DNA of 63,772 bases, the filler included, from Chrysochromulina tobinii (lineage: Eukaryota): the NCBI GenBank assembly GCA_001275005.1. It is 8 parts of 8 records of this genome, joined end to end, with 100 filler letters (N's around TTAATTAATTAA, not from the genome) between each part and the next. Parts side by side here need not be neighbours in the genome. Positions count along the whole stretch, not along the records: positions 11,939 to 16,569 come from JWZX01000948.1; positions 16,670 to 25,285 come from JWZX01000949.1; 6 more parts are not named here. The stretch is one strand, 5' to 3'. Position 1 is the first letter of the stretch. Each line of letters starts with the position of its first letter. The notes under the pieces are model-generated. The model was not told the origin of the DNA. It saw only the letters and a list, made by a program, of their open reading frames with translations, and did not search any database. Made by a program: the position numbers and the translations under genes. Positions 11,939-24,547 of this stretch are shown here, one piece after another.

Positions 11939-14900
11939 GGCTCTTGAAGGTGCCGCTGAGCTCCTTGGAGATCTGGCTGCCTGCAGACTGCTTCTCATCC
12001 AGCGCTTTACTGATTTTGGACACCCATGCGTTTGACTCTCCGAATGCGTACGCTGTCCATAATCCAGAGGACAAGACGTCGTGTGATGCATCCAGCGCGT
12101 CCTTGATAGTGGCCGCGAGGCGTGTGACCTTTCCTTCGGTCTCGCGCATGTGCGTGAGCTCGCTCCGCGCCTGCTGCAGAAAGCCCTGCGCGTGGTGATT
12201 GCCTCCATACTTGCTCTGTGTGTCCGGATCGTCCAGCAGCTGTTCGAGGCCCTCCCAGCCCGTGCCTTTCTTCCACGAGCATCGGTGCAGCTCCTCCTGG
12301 AGCCGGTGTGCACACTCGCACGCTCGTAAGATCTCGCGAACCTCGGGAGGTCGCAGCGGGTACTCGGCGGCCATGGATGGCCGGAAGGCGGATATCAAGT
12401 CGCCAAGTGTGGTGCGCTTGACGTCTTCAGGCTGGTCGCGCGGCATCTTCTCGAGCGCGATGAAGTGCTGCTTGAGAGTCTCACTCAAGGTGTGCAGCTT
12501 CTTCACGTCGCGCAAGAGGTTCTCAAGCTCAAGAGGCAGTACACCCTGCATCTCAAGAAGCTTTTCAAGCGACTTCTGCACCTTGCCGTCCCTGCCTTCC
12601 ATGTCCTGCAGGATGTGCTTCGCCTGACTGCACAAGAAGAGCCGCGCCTGGTGGGCGACATATTCGTGTTCTAGCATGCCACCGCTCTGTGCAAACAGCC
12701 GCAGGACCTTCGGTGCGTCCTCGACCAGCAGTGCCTGCGTCACCTGGTCGATGAGCTCGACGCGAGCAACCAGCTTGCGGCCGGCAGCGGTCGTCTCGCC
12801 AGGAAAGCGACCCGGACCGAGGGTTTTGACGGCCTGCTTCATCACCATCACGTCGTGCTGCATCGCTACCAAAGACTTATCGTCGCCCTGAAAGCCAAAC
12901 TCGATGATCGTCTTGAGCCACTCTTCGACGCGCACGGGCATCTGCACCAGCGTCTCCCAGCACGCCTTGACAGCGGGCGTCTCGTTGCCCTCGTCCCGAC
13001 TCGTCCTGCACAGCTCGTACAGCGGTAGCCATGTATCGTCAAAGTCGAGGTGCTCCGGGTCTGCCGAGCAGCGCATCAGCTTGTCGGTCAGCTCGCGTGC
13101 GATGGCCGCACACTTGGCGATGCTGTCCACCTCGGGCGTCGAGTATGTCTTGCGCAGCTTCTCGAGATCCTCGAGGCTCTTGAAGGTGCCGCTGAGCTCC
13201 TTGGAGATCTGGCTGCCTGCAGACTGCTTCTCATCCAGCGCTTTACTGATTTTGGACACCCACTCGTCTGAGTCGTGACCGTGTGATGCATCCAGCGCGT
13301 CCTTGATAGTGGCCGCGAGGCGTGTGACCTTTCCTTCGGTCTCGCGCATGTGCGTGAGCTCGCTCCGCGCCTGCTGCAGAAAGCCCTGCGCGTGGTGATT
13401 GCCACCATACTTGCTCTGTGTGTCCGGATCGTCCAGCAGCTGTTCGAGGCCCTCCCAGCCCGTGCCATTCTTCCACGAGCATCGGTGCAGCTCCTCCTGG
13501 AGCCGGTGTGCACACTCGCACGCTCGCAAGATCTCGCGAACCTCGGGAGGTCGCAGAGGGTACTCGGCGGCCATGGATGGCCGGAAGGCGGATATCAAGT
13601 CGCCAAGTGTTGTGCGCTCGTAATACCAGCTGTCGACGAAGTCAGGCTGGTCGCGTGGCAACTTATCGAACGCGTCGAAGCTCTGATGCAGCTTAGCCAC
13701 GTGCTCCTGCACCATCTGTTTGACTCGATCCTGGTCTTTCACCGCTTGCTCGAGCAGCGCAAGCTCAGCTTTCAAAGCCTGCACCTCAGGCAGGAGTCGC
13801 GCACCTTGCTCCTCTGCCAGTTGCACCGCAGATTTGAGAGCACTCCAGCTTTTCTCATTGTACCGGGAGCAGCTCTGCAGCGCCGACAAGAGCGCGATCA
13901 CATGCTCGGCGCGTGTCACGACGTCCTTCGCCTCAACCGCCCACTCACTGTGAAGGTATGTGCTCAAAAAGCCCTTGAGGAGCTGGAGGTCCACCCGAAG
14001 CAGCCGAAGCGGAAGGCACTCCTCGAGCTTGTGACTCGGCTGATCCTCGCCTCGCCCCGCCACGAGTCGCGCCTTCCAGTCCGCCGCATCCAGCTTGTCC
14101 CGTAGCTGTCGCGTCGCTTCAAGTGTGCGGTGCTCAAGCGCAGCTTCCGATTCACGCATGAGTTGGGTGGAGCTCGCCTCCTGCCTGCTAACCTGCCTGC
14201 AGTGTTTGAGGTTCTCGAGGAGCTCTTTCATGTGCTTTATATCCTTGATCGCCGAGCTAGGGTGCTTCTCGAGCAGTCTCTCTTCCAGAATCCGCTTCGA
14301 CGACTCACTGAGCTTGCGCACAATTTCGGTTTTCGCCTCATCGCCAAGGCTGCGTGCTCCTCCCTTTGATGCGCGGCTACGCCGACTGTCAGCCCTCGGT
14401 GTGCGCGATGTGGGCAACCGGAAGCTCTGCATTTTGGTGAGCCCGAGCGGGAGCAACCTTGACAGCGACTGGTTTCTACTGGAGGGCGTCTTAGTGAGAG
14501 GGGGTGGCGCAGGAGCGGCAAGATCGCCAGTCCTGCTACCGTCGCCGCCACCGTCGCCGCCCATCCTGCCGCCACCGCTGCTGCCACTTCTGGTGCGACC
14601 GCTGGTGCTATCGCAGAGGTGCTTCAGTGCAATTGAAAGCAGCTCCTCACCCGCGCAACGGATCTCGGCAAAAGCAAGCTCGCCTCCTGCCGAAAAGCGC
14701 GCAGCGTCCTTGCTGAGCAGCGTCGCAAGGGTCTCGAAGCTCTGGGGCTGGTTGACGTCACACTTGAGCAGCGTGGACCGTACCTCCTGGATGACATCAA
14801 CCTGTTTGAGGCTCGCTTTCCCCTGCTTCGTATTCTTGGGCAGCCTATTCACCATTTTGAGGGCCGTTGCCAATGAGTCTCGTCCAGATGGAGCCTCAAA

Positions 14901-16569
14901 GAGGAGTTGCACCTTGTCTTGGCTCCAGGTGAGGCCATCGGCCTTTAGGAAGGGGCGCGTGTCCTCGATGGCCCGCACGAAGTCATTCTCCTTCGGTTCG
15001 ACAGTCTCGCTCAGCTCCTTGTACAACGCCGCACCTTCGCGCTCGCAGAGCGGCAGCGGCTTGCGTCCCTGCTCATCGGCAATCGCCTTGTCGTCCTCGA
15101 GCGCTTCCCGCAGCCTCACGAGGTCGTTTTCCTCCATTGCAGTGCGCACATCGAGGACAAGCCGTGCCGTGCGCAGCTGCACCGACTCCTTGAGCCCAAG
15201 CGGTCGCGGCGTTCTCAACTCGCTCGACAACAGCTCGCTGACGCAATCCTTGCGCTTGCTCTCGAGCCAGCTGCGCAGGTAGCGCTTGTCCGGCCTCGAT
15301 GCCGCGAGGGCGAGGCTGCTCGGCTTGTAGCCGCCTAGCAGTTGGCGCAGCTGCTCCGCCTCGAACCACACAGCCGAGATGCGCATGCACGCGAGCTCGT
15401 TGCGCAGCTCGTGCGCGCGATGGATGAGTGTGTAGAGCGCGGTGAGTTCCTTCTTCGAGCCAACGCCAGCCGAGCTCGAGGCCCTTTCGAGGGCCGTGTC
15501 GAGCCTCTCAGCCTCGTCGAGCACACTACTCAGCCGATCGACCTGTGGCGGCACGTAGAGCTTTAGGTGGACCTGTGGCGGCACGTAGAGCTCGAGGCGG
15601 CGCGCCAGCTCTAGCTGCGCCTCTAGGCGCGTCGGCGCCTCTAGGCGCGCCGCCTCGAGCTGTGCACGCGCTTCCCTGAACCAAGTCGGGTCATTCTCCT
15701 CCGCACCCTTGAGTAGAAGCTTGCGAGCGACGCGCAACCGGCCACACACCCTCCGAGCTAGGTTGCCTCGACTGTACGCCTGTATGCACGTCGCGTCCTT
15801 ACTGGCGGAGTCGTAGCGCGCCTGTTGCAGCGCGCGCTCCTGCGCCAGTCGGAAAAAGATCAAGGTGGTCCCGATCGCAGCCTCGCACATGCAGTCGAGC
15901 ACACCCGGGTGCAGTGTCTGGAGCCGCCGTAGAAACTCCTCACAGACGGAGCGGCCATCCGCTTGGTTGCCATCTTTTTTAGCCTTCTGCCGGAAGCGTT
16001 TGCGCTCCTTGAGGTCGGGATCAAGGCACAAGTAGCGGTGCACAAATTGCCTGTGTGGTACGCGAAAGCCATATCCTTTCTTGCGCACCTCGACCGCCTC
16101 GAATACCCCGGAGTCTGCGCGGGCACAGGGTGAGTCAGCTCAGGAGATCTCGCGCGGGAGCCACCCCAGGGGTTGGGGTGAGCAGCAGTCGCAAAAGGAG
16201 CCTTCCGATTCAAGCCCCCTCTCGCGAGCATACATTTCAACTGCTGGAGTGTGAGCCTCTCGTCAAAAGTACTCGGCGAGCGCTCCATGTTGGGCTTGAT
16301 GCAGCGCACATAATGTGGCTTCGTCGTCTCGATCGTTTTGATGAGCCTCTCCAGAGAGTCCTTGAAGGCGAGTCCAACTGTCTGCTTCCGCCCTCTGCCG
16401 CCGCCGCCGCCACCATGACCACCTTGAGCTTCCTTCTGTTGTTGTTTTTCGCCCTCATGGGCACCAAGCAGCTGTCTCACGAAGGGTGCGCCTGTCTCGC
16501 GCAACAGCCGTTCAGCTGGCCCGAGCTCGAGCACGCTCTTCTCGCGCAGGCCGTCGATGCTATACTTGA
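11939..16569 (-). CDS. Partial myosin heavy chain (end of motor domain, IQ motif, long helical tail); intron 16115-16233
   Basis: QTVGLAFKDSLERLIKTIETTKPHYVRCIKPN; spliced QQLK-Y-SGVFEAVEVRKKGYGFR; IGTTLIFFR converter; IQAYSRGNLARR. Intron T|GTATGC...cgcgCAG with CTGAC branch site. Confidence 0.9.
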
Positions 16570-16669
16570 NNNNNNNNNNNNNNNNNNNNNNNNNNNNNNN
16601 NNNNNNNNNNNNNTTAATTAATTAANNNNNNNNNNNNNNNNNNNNNNNNNNNNNNNNNNNNNNNNNNNN
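16570..16669. other. Artificial contig spacer
   Basis: N44-TTAATTAATTAA-N44. Confidence 0.98.
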
Positions 16670-16745
16670 GCAGGATGCGGTCGTAGGCATCCAAATGCAG
16701 AACGTGATGGGCGCGCTCCCTCAGTCCCGTATGGACGCCGTGTGA
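16670..16745 (+). CDS. 3' end of a paralogue of the 17033-19349 gene
   Basis: Matches 19274-19349 (QDAVVGIQMQNVMGALPQSRMDAV*); the following ~125 nt are also similar. Confidence 0.8.
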
Positions 16746-17032
16746 GGCTCTCATGGGAATGCACAATGCACGGCGGATGCCGGGAAGTGGGACGCGCGGC
16801 CGCATGTGTGCGGGGCCACGCTGTGGCGTTAGGAGCGTGCTTTGGAAGCAGCAGGAGACGTTCTGTCTGAACTTCGGAAGGGTTATGGTAGTCATGGTGA
16901 GGGAGTGGGGGCCGGGGGGGGAGGGGACTTCTTGGGTGTTGATGGACTGTAACTTTAATTCCCCAAAGGTGATCAACTTTTCCTGTTTAGGAACCATTTT
17001 GGATCCCGCGGCGCGAGCTTCTAATGTGTTGA

Positions 17033-19349
17033 ATGATGGCGATCGCAGTCACGCTGACGCTCTTCGGAGTGGTGGCGGGTGCCGAAGACGGCCACACGCC
17101 CACTCCCTCAACTGGTCGCCGGTTGCAGGGCACCGGCGGCGGGCACGGGCACAGCCCCCACGGGCACAGCCCGCATTATCACAGTCCTCATACACACACT
17201 CCCCACACTCACTATCCGCCGCCTCCATCGCCGCCACCCCCACCCCCCTCTCCTCCATCTCCCCCCTCGCCTCCATCGGCACCACCCTCTCCGCCTTCAC
17301 CGCCTTCACCGCCTTCACTGCCACCAGTGCCTCCTGCAGCGCCTCCGCCGCCGCCACCCTCCAGGCCTTTTTTCACGGCAGAGGTGATTGCGAATGCGGC
17401 ATGGATCGCAGCCCCCATAGTGATCACTGTCGTCCTCTTGCTCGCGTACTCGGGATACAGGATCAGCAAGCGGTCTGCCAAGTACGGGGATCTCTTCTTG
17501 GGAGCGGCGCGCGCCAAGGCGATGCCCCGTGAGAATGAGCCCCAGAGGTGGCGACAACTCGACATGCGTGCGATAGGCGTGCTCAAGCTTGCTGAGGACA
17601 AGATCGCGATGACCCAGCCACTCGGCGTGCCTGTCGGTTCCACGCCTTCCGGCAACTACGTAGGCTCACACTGCGACTCGAACCTGCCTGCCACTCGCCC
17701 ATCGCTTCCCTGATCTCATGTGCTTCGTGTGCCGCTCGACTCTCGGCTAGGTGGGGGTGTACTGGCAGTATGGCACGTGCCATGCCCTCCCCGCACAGCA
17801 CCTGGCCTGCATGCTCAGTGGAACTCGCACGATTTCCACAGAATGGAATGCTGTCGAATTCATACGATTCCGCACGACGCAGATGCGCGACCCGTGCTGC
17901 AACTGTCTGCAGATTGCGCAGCTCGTCGTCTTCGATGTGCACGGCACGTCGCTGCCCCTCACGGACGCGACCAACCCGGGCGGACGCAACCCACCCGGCG
18001 AGGAACCTGCGAAGGCGCTCGACGGCACCCCGACGACCAAGTGGCTCGATTTTCACAGGGAGGCGCTCGAATGCCGCTTGGCCAAGGGGGCGGCCGTGCT
18101 CGGCAAGTACATGCTGGTGACGGCCAACGACTGCCCGGAGCGCGACCCCATCCGGTGGGTGCTCGAAGGACGGAATAGCGCGGCCGATCCGTGGCGTGTC
18201 CTCGACGACAAGAGCGGTGCGGATCAGCCGATGCCCGACGCACGGTTCGCGGCGCACGAGGTCGTGCTTCAGCTCACGGGCGGCCATCAGCCGAGTCAGT
18301 TGCCAAGCATCGAGCGCGTCCTCAACCCGCCAGAGGAGGCGCGGCAGTACTCCTCGGTCTGGGAAGGCGATGCAATAGGTCAAGGCCATGCCCGCTCGAT
18401 GCTCGACTCACCGCAGGGTTGGAGCGCCGGCCAGAACTGCGTCGGCGAATGGATGGTCATCGATGCAGGCAATGTGGTGCGCCTCATCGGCATCGTCGTC
18501 ACGACACGTGGCGACTCGGGAACGTGGCCACACGTGGCCGATCAGCTTGTGGAGACGCTGCGCGTCGAAGTCTCGGACAACGGCGTGGCGTGGCTGGAAG
18601 TGAGCGCAGGGCTCGACACGGGGCTTAAGCCATCGGAAGACTCCACGCGCCAAGCACACCTGCGCCTTCCTACAGAGGTGAGGGCCCGCCTTGTGCGGCT
18701 GACGGTCCTCGCGTGGCATGCGCACATCTCGCTTCGCGCGGGTCTTCTCATCGCGGAGGAGGAGGAGGTCGGGCTGCAGCCACGAGACACGGCGCACGAG
18801 ATCGTGCTGCAGCCGGATGGAGTCAGCGGCACGGCCGTCGGCAACGGCTTCGACACCGTGGGCACGTTCAACGTGTCAGGCGAGTTCAAGATGGCTCGAC
18901 TGTGCCTCACGAAGCAGTACGTGCTCGGCACCGGCGACCCGCGCGAGAACTCTGGCCACGCTGTCGAGCTGCGTCTCATCGCGAGCGAGCTGCATGCGGC
19001 GCTGCCCGAGCGTTCGGCAGAGCTGCTTCGATGGGGCGCGCCGCTCGGCGTCGTCGGCTTCTACGGAACGTGGCACATCCGCACGCGCAAGTACAGTGGT
19101 GATGCCGAGATGTGCCTGTGGCTGCCGCCGGTGCCCGTCGTCATCGGGTACACGATCACGCAGACGGTGACCAACGTGCAGACCGTCCAGAGCGTCGCGA
19201 TCGACACGGATGGCGACGGCAAAGCAGATACGATGATGCAGCAGGTGGTCAACCAGCAGGTCGTGACCCAGAAGCAGGATGCGGTCGTAGGCATCCAAAT
19301 GCAGAACGTGATGGGCGCGCTCCCTCAGTCCCGTATGGACGCCGTGTGA
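17033..19349 (+). CDS. ~740-aa single-pass membrane protein: signal peptide, His/Pro-rich stalk, TM helix, two F5/8 type C (discoidin/galactose-binding-like) domains; intron 17660-17750
   Basis: TAC|GTAGGC...ctgat...ggcTAG|GTG joins PSGNY|VGVYWQYG in frame. Motifs ALDGTPTTKWLD..TANDCPERDP.RW.LEG and SMLDSPQGWSA..EWMVID..LRAGLL. Confidence 0.75.
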
Positions 19350-20291
19350 GGCTCTCATGGGTATGCACAATGCACGGCGGTATGCCGGGAAGCGGGACGC
19401 GCGGCCGCATGTGCGGGCACATGCTGTGGCTTTGGAAGCAGCAGAGGTTCTTGTCTGAACATACAAGTGACTTCCTCTCCGCATGTTATATTCTTCGGGC
19501 ATAAATGGGGGTGACTCTTCGGTGTTGAGTCAGTGTTGAGTGTGGTTTTGAGGAATCAGGAATCCCACGGAGCCGTCGGTGTCGCGGCTGTGCCCCGGAA
19601 AGCGCAAAACATGGCGCAAAAGCCCCGAAAGCGTGTGCTGTTTAAGTGAGGACTGAGCGTGCTACCAACGCGCCTACGGTTACATAGTGTATTAATGCTG
19701 CCAGCTGCCTCTATGCGCTGCCGGTGCTGGCTCTCGGCTGCCTCGTCTAGAACCGCGGTAATTACATTGGTAATGATCTCGGGTGGCCCCATGGGCGGCC
19801 CCCGGCCCGCACCCGTGCCGCGCTGCGCTTCGTCTGCGGGTGCGGCTCTGCGCAGAGGCGGCAACCGGCATCTCCATTTATCTGCCAAAATCTCCCGATC
19901 TGCCATCTTTCTACATTATACGCCTCTTGGCTTCTCTTGGCCCGCACTTGGGTCCGTGAGCGTGACCGTCTCGATACATGCACGCTTTCGTGGACGCTAA
20001 TAACTCACGCACAGGCGCCCCGGGGCAAGAGTTCCACTCATGGTCGCGGGTTCCACTGTACCGACAACAAGAACAAAACTACAACCTTGAGGCCTTGCGC
20101 CCCTCCTTAATACTGCGTACCCGACCGTACAGAAGTAGGCGCAGTTTCCTTTGATTTAGGCGGATGGTTTTCAGGGACGATCTCCAGGATTAATGACCAC
20201 GATAATCTCAAGAAAACTTGAAATCATCACACACTGAATTCAGAGTTTCAGACTGAATTGACTAACTGAGCGCATCTATATTATACGGAGG

Positions 20292-20321
20292 TTAGGGTTA
20301 GGGTTAGGGTTAGGGTTAGGG
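20292..20321 (+). repeat. Interstitial telomeric repeat (TTAGGG)5
   Basis: Five perfect units inside the contig. Confidence 0.95.
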
Positions 20322-20495
20322 CTATATCCTCTATATAATACGGAGATATTGCCCACACTCTTACTGATGAGGAGGGGATTAGAAAAGAAAGCGAAATGGG
20401 GACGCTCGGTGTGGGGCGCGGCTCATCGAGAGGTTAGAGATGCGTCGAAGACGGCCATCGAGACGGCCAGCGCCTGTGTTCACAGGCTTCCCGCG

Positions 20496-23233
20496 ATGCT
20501 ACATCGGCCAGCGATGCTACACAAACTGGGCTCCTTGCCAGCGCTCGCGGCCGCGGCGCTGCTCCTCGGATGCTACCACCTCTCGCTGCAGCTCTGGTCA
20601 TCGGCTGTGCCGCCACGCTGCCTCGATGGCAGCAGCGGCAAAAGCAACATTCGGCTCCGCTCCAGGCGGCTGCAGGACAAAAGCGGTGGCGGCTCCATGA
20701 CGGCGACAGCAGGCGCAGAGGCAGAGGCTTCCGCCAGTTCCAAAGCGCCGTGGGTGCCGCCGCCCGGCTGCAACCTCGTGGCCAACGGACCGGCCGCCGC
20801 GCTGCTCGCCGACGCGCCGCCAACGACCACGACGCTCCACTTCACGTTTGGGAGCGCGGGCATGCTCGATTTTGTGCACAACTGGCACCACTTTGTGCGT
20901 AAGCGCGGGCTCGGGCCGGTGCTCGTGGGTGCGGCCGAGAAGAAGATGCTGAGCGCATGTACCGCCGAGGGGATCGCTGCGCTCGGTATCGCCGACGGCC
21001 TCGACGTGTGGACCTATCGGTATGCTCAGAACGTGTCGACCGTCGTGCAGGACGGCAAAACGGCATGGGACTACTATCGTCACTCCAAGCAGTCGTTCCT
21101 GGAGCTGGGGGTGGTGAAGGCGGCCTTTTTATGGGAGCTCGCCTCCCTCGGGTACGATGTCCTCATCTCCGACCTCGACGTTGTGTGGATCGCCGACGGC
21201 TGGGAGAAGTGGATGACTTACCGCCGCCCCGACCGACCTCCGCTGCCGGAGGCGAGGCTGCAGGCGATGGCGGACGTGCTCGTCTCGACGGACGAGCTGG
21301 ACGAGGAGTTTGACGCGCACGGCCGGCACGAGCGATGGCCCTTCGGCGTCGGTTGGGGTTGGCGCTCGGAGCTCAACACGGGCGTCGTCTTCTTCCGATC
21401 CACCAATGGGACCAAGGCCTTCTTGCAAGCGTGGCGGCGGGCGATGCTGGCAAAGCGCGACGTGGCGTTCACGAACGATCAGTTCGTCTTCTGCCAGATG
21501 GTGCGCGATGCGGCCATGGAGCCCGTGACAGCGAAGGCGAGCCACCTCGACGCGTGGCGCGCCTCGCTCGCCGCCCACGGCTTGCTTCGTGAGACGGTCT
21601 TCTCCGCGATAGGGCCCTCGACCCGCGGTGTCTCGATTAGCAAGCCGCACTTTGAGCTCGCGCAGCCTTGCCTGCCCGAGGAGGGCTGTGCGCCGAGCCG
21701 CTTCACCCTTGGCACGCTGCCGCTGCGCGCCTTCACCGGCGGACACACCTACTTCATGCAGCGCGTGCAGAATTTCGAGGGGCACGTCCTCGCACGCGCG
21801 CAGACTCTGACTGTCCACTTTACGTTCCAGTACTCGGACACGCCTGACTATCCTCACGGCAAGCGGCAGCGCGCGCGTGAGGCGGGGCTGTGGATGGCTG
21901 ATCCTCCCGAGTACTACACGGAGGGCCGCTTCGTGCGCCTGGTAGGCCCTCTCTTCTCGGCGGCACAGCGGGTCGCCATCTGGGTGCGCTCTCATCAGAT
22001 GATACCCCTCTGATGGCCCTCGGATGGCCATCTAATGGCCTTTCGGATGGCCCTCTAATGGCCCTTTGATGGCCCTCTGATGACCCTCGGATGGCCCTTG
22101 GGTGGCCCACTGATTTCACTCCGACAACCCCTCGGATGGACCTCTGACACCCGCATGGATGGCCCTCTGATGGGCAGGAGCGCTTCCCTGAGTGGTCGCC
22201 GCAGCGGCACATGCACCTGGACGCAATCCAGCGGGCGGCGCTGCGCGACCTGCTCGCGCTCGCTACGGCGCTCAACGCGACGCTCATCTTGCCGCCGCTC
22301 TACTGCAGCTGCGATCGTTACTGGGGCTTCTTACAAAACTGCCGCATGCCCACCGCGCCGCAGGACATGCCACTCCCCTTCCGCTGTGCCCAGGACGCTC
22401 TCTTCGAGATCAAGTTTTGGAACGACAAGCGCGTGCGCTTCCGCGAGGCCGATTTCCTCGATCATCCGGCCGTGCCGCCCGCCATTAGGGAAGGAGCGGT
22501 GCGCCTCGTCGTCCACGAGACCGCGCCGATCCCGACGCCCGACGCCCCCGAGGCACGGTTCACCGCCGTCGTGCGTCCGGGCACCCCGATGAATCTAGTG
22601 GATCGCTTCGTGGCTGCCGCGAACCCGAACACGCGCCTGATCGAGATCGGGACAGCCGACATCAAGCGGCTGTGCAAGTGGCTCGGCTCCACGTCCGCCA
22701 ACCAAGCCTTCAACTCGCTGGCTCGGTACGTGCTGCATGAGCAGAGTCGGTACTGCCCGGGAGAGGATCACGACGAGAAGGTCGCCAACGTACCGAATTG
22801 GAACTGGCGCAATCCGTTCACAGCGTACAATTGCACGTGGGGCTTCGCGACGCCGACCGACTTCCCAGAGCCGGCGGATGGCCAACCGCCCTGTGGGAAA
22901 GGCCAACCGGGCGTGGCGCTTGTCGAGCGGGACAACTCGACCACCTGCCCACGCGTCATGCTCTGCAGCGTGGCCGTACACCCCGACGGCACCTCGACAG
23001 GCCCTCTCGAGCAGGCCCCCAGATGCAATCTCGAGGGGTATGGCGGGCTCGACTACGACACGTTTGGGAACGCGACGCGCGCGGCGCTTGCCAGCATGCC
23101 CGGCGGACGGTGCCCGTACCCGCCGGGCGATGTGCCTGGGCCGGGCGCCGGCATACAGCGCATCAACGCCGACAGACCGCGGAACGAACAGTGGTGGGGT
23201 GAGTACGTAGGACCGGAGCTTCACGTTAGGTGA
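20496..23233 (+). CDS. GT77 nucleotide-diphospho-sugar transferase, XEG113-like arabinosyltransferase; intron 21984-22177
   Basis: N-terminal anchor, SDLDVVW (DxD), NTGVVFFRS, DQ, GHTYFMQ, VHFTFQY, GKRQRAREA.LW.ADPPEYY, LNATLILPP.YC.CDRYW; splice RVAIW|ERFPEW. Confidence 0.85.
21984..22177 (+). other. Intron with degenerate 11-mer array (CCCTCTGATGG)n
   Basis: TGG|GTGCGC...tgggCAG|GAG, phase 0. Confidence 0.85.
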
Positions 23234-23482
23234 TGTTTGTGGGAAGATTGAAATGCACGACGAGCACACTGGGAGGTTCACGGTACAATAACATTCCGAA
23301 GCGCATATCGGCTTTCGATTTTCCCCGAACGAACGGCGTGTCCTTCCGTAAAAGGCATCCAATGCTAATCAAAAGCCCCCTTATATTTAGTCAGCCGCGG
23401 TGAGCTCACACGCAGACTTGACACCGACGATAAAAAAGGATTCTCTTTGCTCCTTGAAGGGCCCCTTTTCCGGAAATTTGTC

Positions 23483-24547
23483 ATGCCGAACCATTGTTGC
23501 GGCGCCAGGGGAGGAGAGAAGCCGAGGGCCGCGGCTACATGTACGGGCCATGTGTCCGCTACTGGGCATGATCCATCGCCAACGTCGATCCTCGACGATA
23601 TGAACGAGCTCAATTTAGCAGAAGCGAACTGGCACCAAACGAGTTGGGCAGGTCCACCAGGATATGTGTTCCTGCCCGAGCCAGTGGTGGCTGCACCTGC
23701 GCGGCTGCACCGCGTTGACCAGGTGCCGCAACCTCAAGTGCCGCAACCTCAAATGCCGCCGCTGCCGCCGATGCCGCCGTCCAGTGGAAGCTCGGGATTG
23801 GGAACCCAAATGGCCGCGGCCTTCAATGGCTACTTTGGTGGCAGAGGCGGCAGAGGCGGCAGACACGGAGAGCAGGGTGAGAAAGCACTGCGTCCCAAGC
23901 TGGGCCCCTGCTTGCCCGGCGGTGGGGGCAAAAGAGGACCTCCAGCTCCACCAAAAGCAGCAGGACGGCCATCGTCTTCTTGGGCATCGTCTTCTACTTC
24001 GTCAGCGCCGAGCTGTCCGGTATCCCCACGTGACCCTGTGCCGCAGCCGTCTCTGCCGCTTGTGGGGAAACTGTTTCAAGGGCTGCTACTGCCCCAGCAG
24101 CAGCTCCCACCCGTGCCATCCGCGCCGCTTTCATCGGAATCACTGTTTCAGATGGCCTTCGATCCGGACGACGTGGGCCGTGCGATCGTGCAAGCGCATG
24201 GGGAGCCGCACCAGGCGCTCGGGCTACTCCTCCACGCTGGCAAGACACGCATCCGAGCGATGCAAGAACGGCTGGATCGGATCGCCGCCGTGCACCCCTC
24301 CGCGGAGGCCAGCCTCCCCATGCCACCCCTTCCACCCACAGGTCCGCATGAGGACCCCACTGCACGGCCAGGGGACCCCGGGGTGGCCCCTGGTCGCGTG
24401 AAGAAGAAGCGCCTCGCCCCGCGGCATAAACGTGATGTCCTCTCTCTCCTCGACGATGATGAGGCGCAACCCGCGGATGCCGAGCAGGACACCCAACAGA
24501 GGACGCCCAAGAGGGAGATCGGTTGTGCCCCTCTATGTATCGTCTAA
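23483..24547 (+). CDS. Hypothetical Pro-rich protein
   Basis: Long ORF; its 5' part recurs with the frame conserved at 25069-25285. Confidence 0.5.
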   Translation: MPNHCCGARGGEKPRAAATCTGHVSATGHDPSPTSILDDMNELNLAEANWHQTSWAGPPGYVFLPEPVVAAPARLHRVDQVPQPQVPQPQMPPLPPMPPSSGSSGLGTQMAAAFNGYFGGRGGRGGRHGEQGEKALRPKLGPCLPGGGGKRGPPAPPKAAGRPSSSWASSSTSSAPSCPVSPRDPVPQPSLPLVGKLFQGLLLPQQQLPPVPSAPLSSESLFQMAFDPDDVGRAIVQAHGEPHQALGLLLHAGKTRIRAMQERLDRIAAVHPSAEASLPMPPLPPTGPHEDPTARPGDPGVAPGRVKKKRLAPRHKRDVLSLLDDDEAQPADAEQDTQQRTPKREIGCAPLCIV

